A stretch of 64,000 nt of DNA. It comes from an uncultured cyanobacterium (GTDB lineage: Bacteria > Cyanobacteriota > Cyanobacteriia > PCC-9006 > JAAUQQ01). The DNA is taken from positions 2,528,001-2,592,000 of the forward strand of contig OY970368.1 in assembly GCA_963718615.1 (NCBI GenBank). The letters run 5' to 3'. Below, piece by piece: positions 52,577 through 60,666 of the stretch. The notes under the pieces are model-generated. The model was not told the origin of the DNA and searched no databases. It saw nothing but the letters and a program-made list of their open reading frames with translations. The position numbers and the translations under genes are program-made. How positions within the stretch are numbered: position 1 is the stretch's first letter; each line of letters starts with the position of its first letter.

Positions 52577-54850
52577 ATGCTCCAACGGTTCGTGCCGCTT
52601 CCTCATCTCTCTTTTGTCTTAGAACAACTGCGAACAAATTTTCAACCTAAGGTCCTGGTTTCAAGCGCATCCGCTGGGCTAATTAGCGGCATCATCGGCG
52701 TTATTCGGGCGATTTCCTATGCCAGCCTGATCTTCTCCGGGGCCTTAGCGGTTCACCTGCCCACTGGGCTGGGGGCCACCGTGTTTAGCACAGCCATGAC
52801 CCTGGCGGTGGTGGCCCTGACCAGCTCCATGGCAGGCATGATTGCCACGCCCCTGGCACCCACAACAGCGGTTTTGGCGATCATCGCCGCCAGCATTGCC
52901 GATGAGCTGGCGGGAGCCCCCGCCGATGAGGTCCTGGCGACGGTGCTGGTGATGATTGCCCTGGGCTCTCTGCTGACGGGGGGGCTGCTGCTGGGGCTAG
53001 GACTGTTGAAGCAGGGGGAGCGGATTCGGGTGATTCCCTACCCGGTGATCGGTGGGTTCATGGCGGGCACAGGCTGGCTGCTCACCCGAGGGTTTGTGCA
53101 AATCACGGCGGATATGCCCCTGACCTGGTCTAGCCTCAATCGTCTCCTGGAACCGGCGGTGCTGGGGGCTTGGCTGCCGGGGGTGGGGTTTGCGATCGCC
53201 CTCCTCACCGCCACCCACCGCTGGAAGCAATTTTGGGTCATGCCCGCCACCCTGGCGGCCTGTGCCGGTACGTTTTATCTAATGCTCTGGGGCAGCGGCA
53301 TCTCCCTAGAGAGCGCCCGCGCGGCGGGTTGGCTCCTGGGACCCTTTCCCCAGGGGGATCAGCTCTGGCATCCCCTCCAGATCCAGCTCTTTCCCCAGGT
53401 CCATTGGCTGGCGATTTTTCACCAGGGCGGCGGCCTTCTCACCGTCATGCTGATTAGCCTACTCTCCTTGATGCTGAGCAATAGCAGCATCGAGCTGGTG
53501 ATTGGCCAGGACCTCAACTTGAGCGATGAGCTGAAGTCGATTGGGCTAGCCAATCTCTGCTCTGGTCTGGGGGGCGGCATGATGGGGAACCAAGCCTTGC
53601 CGAGCACGTTACTGGTCCAGGACATGGGCGCAAAGTATCGGCTGACGGGACTCTTTGCGGTGGTTCCATCCCTGGCGGTTTTGGCCCTGGGCGCGAGTTT
53701 TCTCTCCTATTTGCCCAAGGCCGTCCTCGGCAGCGTGATTTTATATCTGGGGCTGTCGCTGCTGTGGAAATGGCTCTATCAGTCCTACTTCAAGCTGCCC
53801 CTGGGGGACTATGGGACGGTCTGGGTGACGCTGATTGTGATCGATGTCTTTGGCTTTTTGCAGGGCGTCATCACGGGCTTTGTGATGACGGTGATTTTGT
53901 TTATGGTGCATTACAGCCGGGTAGACGTGGCCAGTCAGGTGTTTTCCGGTGCGACCACCCGCAGTAATGTCGATCGCGACCCCGAGGCCCATCGGATTCT
54001 GTCCCAGCAAGGGGAACAAATTTATGTGCTGGAGTTGCAGGGCTTTTTGTTCTTTGGCACAGCGAATTATTTGTTGCGTCAGGTGCGCGATCGCATTGCG
54101 ATCGCCAACTCCCTTCAGCAGACTACTCCGTCTCAACCCTTACGCTATGTCCTCATCGACTTTCGCCAGGTCAGCGGCCTAGATTCCTCCGCTGTTTTGA
54201 CCTTTGACAAAATTGTCAAACTCTCCCGGCGGCACAATTTTTCCTTAATTCTGACCAACCTTTTACCCGAGCTAGCCTTCGAACTCAAGCGGGGCCTGGG
54301 CTTAAATCTCGATTCGGAGCATTGCCAGGTCTTTGCCGATATTGATCGCGGCCTGGATTGGTGTGAGCAACAGATTTTGGCCGCAGCCACTCCCCTCGCC
54401 ATCCCCCCAGAGCCCGTTCGCCTCGTAGACCAGCTCACCCAGCTGTTCCTCACGGCAGATCAGGCCCATCGGTTTGTTGCCTATCTCACAGCCCAGACGG
54501 TTCCAGCCGACCATTACATCTTTCGCCCCGGCGAAATCGATGGGGGCCTGTACTTCATCGAGTCGGGCCAGGTCACGGTCCGCCTAGAGCAGGCCAATGG
54601 CCGCAGCAAGCGCTTACAAACCTGCACCAGTGGTCATCTCCTGGGAGAAATGCGGTTTTACGGCAAAGCGCCCCTGTCCACCGCCGTGGTCACCGATGTC
54701 CCCAGTCGGCTCTATTCCCTGTCAAAAGAAAGCTTTAGCCACATGCAACAGGAGGCCCCCGACCTCGCCCAGGCCCTGCAAGCCCACATTGTCACGATTC
54801 TCTGCGACAGCCTCCTGCGCCGAGAGCAACAGCTTAAGGTCATGCAATAA
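52577..54850 (+). CDS. SulP/SLC26 anion transporter with STAS and cNMP-binding domains
   Basis: PYPVIGGFMAGTG, ELQGFLFFGTA, GLDSSA, LYFIESG..V..GEM.FY. Confidence 0.9.
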   Translation: MLQRFVPLPHLSFVLEQLRTNFQPKVLVSSASAGLISGIIGVIRAISYASLIFSGALAVHLPTGLGATVFSTAMTLAVVALTSSMAGMIATPLAPTTAVLAIIAASIADELAGAPADEVLATVLVMIALGSLLTGGLLLGLGLLKQGERIRVIPYPVIGGFMAGTGWLLTRGFVQITADMPLTWSSLNRLLEPAVLGAWLPGVGFAIALLTATHRWKQFWVMPATLAACAGTFYLMLWGSGISLESARAAGWLLGPFPQGDQLWHPLQIQLFPQVHWLAIFHQGGGLLTVMLISLLSLMLSNSSIELVIGQDLNLSDELKSIGLANLCSGLGGGMMGNQALPSTLLVQDMGAKYRLTGLFAVVPSLAVLALGASFLSYLPKAVLGSVILYLGLSLLWKWLYQSYFKLPLGDYGTVWVTLIVIDVFGFLQGVITGFVMTVILFMVHYSRVDVASQVFSGATTRSNVDRDPEAHRILSQQGEQIYVLELQGFLFFGTANYLLRQVRDRIAIANSLQQTTPSQPLRYVLIDFRQVSGLDSSAVLTFDKIVKLSRRHNFSLILTNLLPELAFELKRGLGLNLDSEHCQVFADIDRGLDWCEQQILAAATPLAIPPEPVRLVDQLTQLFLTADQAHRFVAYLTAQTVPADHYIFRPGEIDGGLYFIESGQVTVRLEQANGRSKRLQTCTSGHLLGEMRFYGKAPLSTAVVTDVPSRLYSLSKESFSHMQQEAPDLAQALQAHIVTILCDSLLRREQQLKVMQ

Positions 54851-54964
54851 AGCCAGCCCTGCCATAAAACCAGCCCTGCCATCCAGACTGCCCGATCGCC
54901 CATCCCTGCTGGTTTATCTCTCGTTCTTCCCGCCCCTTGTTTTGTTTCCATCCTTGCCAGCATC

Positions 54965-56767
54965 ATGAGCTTCCTCTTTGCCAAAAACCTCACCGGGTCT
55001 GAGCGCCTTGCAACCTTCTTAGCAGAGCTACAGCCAGAGACCCTCTTCTCTAGCTTTGTCGCGGGCAGCATTACCGGCTTGATTGGTGTGATTCGGGCCA
55101 TATCCTATGCCGCCCTGATTTTCTCTGGGAGCCTGGCCGCCCATCTCAATGTCGGCGTGGGCATTGCCATCTTTAGCTCAGCGGCCATCAGCATTGTGGT
55201 GGCCCTGATGAGTTCCCTGCCCGGCATGATTGCGACCCCCTTAGCCGCTCCCACCGCCGTGCTGGCGATTCTGGCCGCCCAAATTGCCGAGACCCTGGCG
55301 ACGGCGGATACCCCCGATCGCCTGATGACGGTTGTGGCCGCCATTGCCCTGGGCTCTCTGGTCACGGGGGCCAGCCTTTGGCTGTTGGGCAGCATCAAAG
55401 GCGGCAATGCCCTGCAATTTATGCCCTATCCGGTGGTGGGCGGGTTTATGGCGGCTACGGGCTGGCTGCTGGTGCGGGGAGCGGTCCAGGTGATGACCGA
55501 GGTGCCCTTGACCTTTTCCCATTTGGCCGGGTTGCTGGAACTCGATCCAGCCTTGCATTGGGGGGCGGGGCTGGCGATCGCCCTGGTGCTCTTGGCGGTG
55601 ACCCAGCGATGCCACCATGCCCTGATCATGCCAGGGATTTTATGTGCCGCTACGGTGATTTTCTATGGCGCGGTGTGGCAGTCCCATCTTCCACTGAGCC
55701 AGATTCGCGAGCGGGGATGGTTGATGGGGCCATTTCCGGATGGCAATCTCTGGCAGCCGTTAACCCGCGAGGGGCTAGGGTTGGTCCATTGGGATGCGAT
55801 CGCAATGCACAGTGGAACCCTGGGGCTCCTGGTTTTTGTCAGCCTGTTGTCCCTGGTGCTGACCAATGGGGGCATAGAGCTAGCCCTCGGTCGGGATTTA
55901 GACCTTAACCGAGAGCTGCGGGCGATTGGCATGGCTAATGTTGTCGCGGGGTTGGGCAGTACCATGGCGGGCAACCAGGCGCTGCCCAGCACGCTGCTGG
56001 TGCATAAAATGGGCGCGGCCAGCCGCTTGACTGGCCTGTTTAAGGCGGTGCCCTGCATCACGGTATTGTTCCTGGGGCCTGCATTTTTGGCCTATTTCCC
56101 CAAGCCGATTTTGGGGAGTCTGCTGTTGTATTTGGGGTTAGATCTGCTCTGGCAATGGCTCTATCAGATCTGGTTTCGGCTGGCCTGGGATGATTATGGG
56201 ATCATTGTTGTGACCCTGGTGGTGATTAATCGGGTCGGATTTATGGTCGGTATTGCGGTGGGGCTAGGGATGACGGTGCTCCAGTTTCTCTATGGCTGTA
56301 TCCAGACCAGCCCAATTGAATCGGTGGGCTGGGGGCAGCGTTTTCAGCCCCAGCCGGGAGCAGCGTCCGATGCAGTGAGTTCCCCGGTCTGGCTCCCGTA
56401 CCCCCAGGGCAAGGTTGACTGGATTGAGTTGCAAGGGTTTTTATTTTTTGGCAATGCAGCGGCGCTGTTTCGCCAAATTCGCACCCGCATTTTGCATCCT
56501 GACTCGGGGCAAGCGCCTGATTATTTGGTCTTAAATTTCCAGTCGGTTCTGGGTTTAGATGCCTCAGCGGTGCTGAGCTTGAGCAAGCTGATGACACTGG
56601 CGCAGGCTCAGCAGATCACCCTCGTGTTTAGTCAGGTCTCTGAGCCCTTGCAACGGCAGTTGAGCCGAGGGCAGGCCATGGATTTAGACAGTGACTACTG
56701 CCTGTTGTACGAAACCCAGGCGCAGACTAGCCACAAGCTAGGGGCTATGGGGTCAGAGACGGCATAA
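54965..56767 (+). CDS. SulP paralog with STAS, no cNMP domain
   Basis: IGVIRAISYA.LIFSG, GMIATPLA, GNQALPSTLLV and ELQGFLFFG shared with the upstream copy. Confidence 0.88.
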   Translation: MSFLFAKNLTGSERLATFLAELQPETLFSSFVAGSITGLIGVIRAISYAALIFSGSLAAHLNVGVGIAIFSSAAISIVVALMSSLPGMIATPLAAPTAVLAILAAQIAETLATADTPDRLMTVVAAIALGSLVTGASLWLLGSIKGGNALQFMPYPVVGGFMAATGWLLVRGAVQVMTEVPLTFSHLAGLLELDPALHWGAGLAIALVLLAVTQRCHHALIMPGILCAATVIFYGAVWQSHLPLSQIRERGWLMGPFPDGNLWQPLTREGLGLVHWDAIAMHSGTLGLLVFVSLLSLVLTNGGIELALGRDLDLNRELRAIGMANVVAGLGSTMAGNQALPSTLLVHKMGAASRLTGLFKAVPCITVLFLGPAFLAYFPKPILGSLLLYLGLDLLWQWLYQIWFRLAWDDYGIIVVTLVVINRVGFMVGIAVGLGMTVLQFLYGCIQTSPIESVGWGQRFQPQPGAASDAVSSPVWLPYPQGKVDWIELQGFLFFGNAAALFRQIRTRILHPDSGQAPDYLVLNFQSVLGLDASAVLSLSKLMTLAQAQQITLVFSQVSEPLQRQLSRGQAMDLDSDYCLLYETQAQTSHKLGAMGSETA

Positions 56768-56845
56768 TCCCTGGGCACAACGCCATGGTCAGGCGTCGTC
56801 GGTTAGTATTACCATTAGCCAAAACCACAGCTTTGCCCTTTTCCC

Positions 56846-57658
56846 ATGGACGATTTCGACGATATTCCCGTCGCCGTTAGAGACACCCCCAGTCTCCAAG
56901 CACCAGTCCTGCAAAAGCGATTGTTTTGGATCGCTGGAATTTCCGCAGGGGTGGTTGGTCTATTGGCCGGGGCGATCGCCGCCACCCTGCCGGCTCCAAA
57001 GCTGAGTGGCAAACCGACCCTTGTTACACCATCGACCCTGAAATCAACGACGCTGACACCGCCAAACCTGGCACCGCCGACCCTCGACCCCTCTGCCACA
57101 CCGAGCGGCAACCCCAGCAGTGATGCGGCCTCCCCAGTTTCCCCCAAAGACATTATTCTCGGTCACTATGCCTACGCCGAGGCAGATCCGGCTTCCCTCG
57201 TGGAAATTGCCCCCGGCATTCAGCTCAGCAAAGCCGCTGCCACAGCCTATGAGGAGATGGTGGAGGCAGCGCGTAACGATGGTGTGAGCTTGGTGCCTCT
57301 CTCTGGGTTCCGGAGCAAACAGGACCAAGAGCATCTGTTTTTTGAGGTCAAACAGGCGCGGGGCCAGACCGCGACGGAACGGGCCAAGGTCAGTGCGCCT
57401 CCGGGTCATAGCGAACACCACACCGGCTATGCCATCGACCTTGGCGACGCTAACGCAGCGGGCACCAACCTCAGCCAAAGCTTTGAAACCACCCAGGCGT
57501 TTCAGTGGCTGCAAGACAACGCGGCTTTTTATAGCTTTGAACTGTCGTTCCCCAAGGATAATGCCCAGGGGGTGAGCTATGAACCCTGGCACTGGCGCTT
57601 TGTGGGTAATCAAGACAGTTTGGAGTTATTTCATCGGGGCACGAAGGGCAAGGGCTGA
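56846..57658 (+). CDS. D-Ala-D-Ala carboxypeptidase (M15B/VanY)
   Basis: SGFRS, SAPPGHSEHHTGYAID, YEPWHWRF; N-terminal TM. Confidence 0.92.
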   Translation: MDDFDDIPVAVRDTPSLQAPVLQKRLFWIAGISAGVVGLLAGAIAATLPAPKLSGKPTLVTPSTLKSTTLTPPNLAPPTLDPSATPSGNPSSDAASPVSPKDIILGHYAYAEADPASLVEIAPGIQLSKAAATAYEEMVEAARNDGVSLVPLSGFRSKQDQEHLFFEVKQARGQTATERAKVSAPPGHSEHHTGYAIDLGDANAAGTNLSQSFETTQAFQWLQDNAAFYSFELSFPKDNAQGVSYEPWHWRFVGNQDSLELFHRGTKGKG

Positions 57659-58344
57659 TGAGTCAAACCAGTTTGAATTTAGTGGCGATCGCCATCTTCA
57701 CCCTCACAGTAGGCACCCTAGGCAGTCCCATGCTGCACCTTTCCCCCTTTGTGCCTGCGGCGGTGATCGTCGGGTTGTTGGGGATGGCGACAGTTGATCG
57801 CTTCGCTTGGGGAGGGCAAGGCGGTAGTCTTTTGGTGGATTGGGTTGCCCAGAGGTCCGGTGAACATCGCGATCGCGTTCTCCATCACGAAGTTGCCCAC
57901 TTTCTCGTCGCCTATCTCTTGGGAATTCCGGTCACCGGCTATGCATTAACTGCCTGGGAAGCCCGCCAGCAGGGTAATCAAGCCCAAGGTGGGGTGCGGT
58001 TTGATGATCAGCGCATCCAGGCCCAATTGGAAGAGGGGCAGATCTCTAATGACTTGATCGAGCGCTACTGTCAGGTTTGGATGGCGGGGGGTGCAGCGGA
58101 ACAGCTTGCCTTTGGCCAGGTGGAAGGCGGGGTTGATGATGTGTTTAAGCTGCGCGGAGTGCTTAAGCAGCTCCAGTTCTCACCCCAAATGCTAGAGCAA
58201 AAAGAGCGTTGGGCTGCCTTTCAGGCCAAGCAAATGCTCGAACGCCATCGCGATGCTTACCAAGCCCTGATGCAAGCCATGGCGGAACGAAAACCCGTGG
58301 CCGATTGCATTGCCGCAATTCAGACAGCCGGATCAGATCTATGA
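57658..58344 (+). CDS. M41-like Zn-protease family membrane protein without AAA domain
   Basis: RVLHHEVAHFLVAY, MAGGAAE. Confidence 0.8.
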   Translation: MSQTSLNLVAIAIFTLTVGTLGSPMLHLSPFVPAAVIVGLLGMATVDRFAWGGQGGSLLVDWVAQRSGEHRDRVLHHEVAHFLVAYLLGIPVTGYALTAWEARQQGNQAQGGVRFDDQRIQAQLEEGQISNDLIERYCQVWMAGGAAEQLAFGQVEGGVDDVFKLRGVLKQLQFSPQMLEQKERWAAFQAKQMLERHRDAYQALMQAMAERKPVADCIAAIQTAGSDL

Positions 58345-58373
58345 AATCTCACTAGACTCTTGAGAGAGTCTTT

Positions 58374-58472
58374 GTGAAATTCCAGTAAAATTTCAGTAAA
58401 GTCCCAGTGAAATCTCAGTAAAATTTCAGTGAAAGCCCAGGGAAACCTCGGTGAAATTCTAGTCAAAGCTGA
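58374..58472. repeat. 8-9 x 11-bp degenerate tandem array
   Basis: gtgaaattcca gtaaaatttca gtaaagtccca gtgaaatctca gtaaaatttca gtgaaagccca gggaaacctcg gtgaaattcta gtcaaagctga. Confidence 0.85.
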
Positions 58473-58531
58473 ATAAAAATCATTCCTTAGACCGATAGTC
58501 TTTCAAGCCATTAGCAAAAAGACGGTCATCC

Positions 58532-59350
58532 ATGGTGGGTTCTCGGATCGCTTCCTCATCCTTAAACGCTTCAACCTCCCCCCAATCTTCAAGCCAGGTC
58601 ATGCTCCAGTCCGATCCCGACTTGGATGAGAAAGACCTAACGGAATTGACTGAATCTGGAAGCATTCTGCTTCAGACCTTACTGGCGGATCTTGTGATTC
58701 AGGCCGTTCGGTTTCCCTTAGGCAGTCAAGAGCGGCAAAAACTCCTGACCCAAATGACGCTGAAGATGCAGCAGTCCGGCAAAATCTGGCGAGGCGGCGG
58801 CACCATCGACCCTGAAGGCTATAGCGAAGCCTTACAGCGCACCTGGCTGTGGTTCTGCCGGAGCCTAGAACAATACGATGCCCAAAAGGCAAGTGTGCTC
58901 GTTTGGTTCAATAGCTATCTGCGCTATCGGATTCTCGATGTTCACGAAACCCGTCGGCAGCAGGTACAAAGGTTCACGACACTCCCGGATTGCGGTGAAG
59001 ATGGAGAGACACCCAGTAGAAACCGTATCGATCAGTTACCCGCTCCAGACGATATCCCACCGATCCTCGAACGAGTTCAGGACTGGCTGGAGCAGCAGCG
59101 GCAGGTGTTGATGACGGTTCATTTGCGCGATCGCCCCGACGTCAACGCTTGGATTCTCCTGAGGCACCGCCTCCCCTCCGAAAACCTCAGCTGGCAGGAG
59201 ATGTCCCAGTCCTTCGGGGTACCGATCCCCACCCTCAGCAATTTTTATCAAAACAAATGTTTACCTAGACTCATTACCTTCGGACAAGCGGAAGGCTGGT
59301 TAGAGGAAGATCCAAAACGTCAGAAAAAAGCTAAAAAAAGAAAGAAATAA
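58532..59350 (+). CDS. Divergent sigma-70/ECF-like factor of the cyanobacterial type
   Basis: Region-2-like EALQRTWLWF...YD....V..WFN.YLRYR..D; HTH-like SWQEMSQSFGVPIPTLSNFYQ.KC; start uncertain. Confidence 0.72.
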   Translation: MVGSRIASSSLNASTSPQSSSQVMLQSDPDLDEKDLTELTESGSILLQTLLADLVIQAVRFPLGSQERQKLLTQMTLKMQQSGKIWRGGGTIDPEGYSEALQRTWLWFCRSLEQYDAQKASVLVWFNSYLRYRILDVHETRRQQVQRFTTLPDCGEDGETPSRNRIDQLPAPDDIPPILERVQDWLEQQRQVLMTVHLRDRPDVNAWILLRHRLPSENLSWQEMSQSFGVPIPTLSNFYQNKCLPRLITFGQAEGWLEEDPKRQKKAKKRKK

Positions 59351-59481
59351 AGCGATAATTGCTCAAATCTTTTGCCGATAAGCTGCTGTTGATTTGAAGA
59401 CCTAGCGTCCAGGCTACCTTGACCGTTTCCTCCCATCTTTCCTCTCCGGTTGCCCAACCGTCTTACCGCAAGAATGGCACT

Positions 59482-60651
59482 ATGAGCTATCTTCCTGACT
59501 CAATTCTCCACAATGCACTGTCAATTCCCATTACGGCAGCCATGCGTCAACAGGCCCAGCACATCGCCCAAAAACAGCCCACTGCTGAAAAAGTGGAGCA
59601 GAGCGTACGCAATCTCCTGGCAGTCCAGGTCGTAGATTTCTATTTACAGATGATGGGGACTGAGACGGACCTCCAGGCCAGTCAGGCTTGGAACCCGGTC
59701 AGTCAACTGGGAGCCGATCTGGCAGACTTGCCCTTAAAAGGAGGGCAGCGGATAGAGTGTCGAGCGTTGCGACCTGGGGAGCGGATGCTGCATGTACCGC
59801 CGGAGGTCTGGAGCTATGGTCCCTTGGTACCGGGGCGCGATCGCCTCGGCTATGTATTTGTGGATCTGACCCCCCACGAAGGCAAAATTCTAGGGTTCTT
59901 GCCCAGTATCAAAACTGAGTTTATTGGCCTCGCTCAATTGCAGCCCCTCGAAGCCCTACTCACACGACTGCATCGCACCCCGATTACGACCCTCGGTAAT
60001 TGGCTGGAGAAACAATTTAGCGAAAGCATCTCCCAGGGCTGGATCACCGTCAAAGAGTTTGTGCAACAACAGCAACAGCAAGAGTCATTTATGGTGTTTC
60101 GGGGGGAAGAGCCCGTCATGGCCTTTCGAGCCAAAAGCATCCGTGGCCTGCGGCCTGAAGATCCGGAAGAACTACAAACCCGTGTGCAGCAGCTTTATGC
60201 AGCGGATGGACGAGCCCCCTCAGACCCCAACGCCAAAACAGCGCTCATGCATTTGATTCAATCGATCACCGAGAACGAAGAACTGCGTTGGCAAGCGGCG
60301 GATGTGCTCTGGAGCTTGGACCCCGACCATCGAGAAGTGGGCATTCGACGGCTACTCGATACGGGAATGCAGTTTGCAGGCAAAGCCGTGGCCTTGATGG
60401 TGGGCATTTTACCCCGTCCGGATGGCAATCATGCAGTCTTGCTCCGCCTTTACCCCATGGGCGAGACGCGCTACCTCCCTGAAGGTTTGCAATTGGTGGG
60501 CAGTGATGCAGAGGGTCGTGTGTTTCTGACGGCCCAAGCTCGCCAAGTTGACGATTATATTCAACTCAAATTTGCAGCGCATCCCGGTGAGTCCTTTAGT
60601 GTTCAGGTGCTTCTGGATGGCGTGGGTGTTACAGAATTCTTCTCTGCCTAG
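59482..60651 (+). CDS. DUF1822-family protein
   Basis: NLLAVQVV..YL, ADL......IECR, VPPEVW..DRLGY..V, ILGF, LP.GLQL, DDYIQL.F...PGE.F.V...E.F. Confidence 0.8.
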   Translation: MSYLPDSILHNALSIPITAAMRQQAQHIAQKQPTAEKVEQSVRNLLAVQVVDFYLQMMGTETDLQASQAWNPVSQLGADLADLPLKGGQRIECRALRPGERMLHVPPEVWSYGPLVPGRDRLGYVFVDLTPHEGKILGFLPSIKTEFIGLAQLQPLEALLTRLHRTPITTLGNWLEKQFSESISQGWITVKEFVQQQQQQESFMVFRGEEPVMAFRAKSIRGLRPEDPEELQTRVQQLYAADGRAPSDPNAKTALMHLIQSITENEELRWQAADVLWSLDPDHREVGIRRLLDTGMQFAGKAVALMVGILPRPDGNHAVLLRLYPMGETRYLPEGLQLVGSDAEGRVFLTAQARQVDDYIQLKFAAHPGESFSVQVLLDGVGVTEFFSA

Positions 60652-60666
60652 TCTACGAGATTGCCC

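Noticed and set aside
58374-58472. Possible CRISPR array (also considered for 6133, 7087 and 16139)
   Set aside because: Units are 11-15 bp, directly adjacent, with no spacers and no cas genes.
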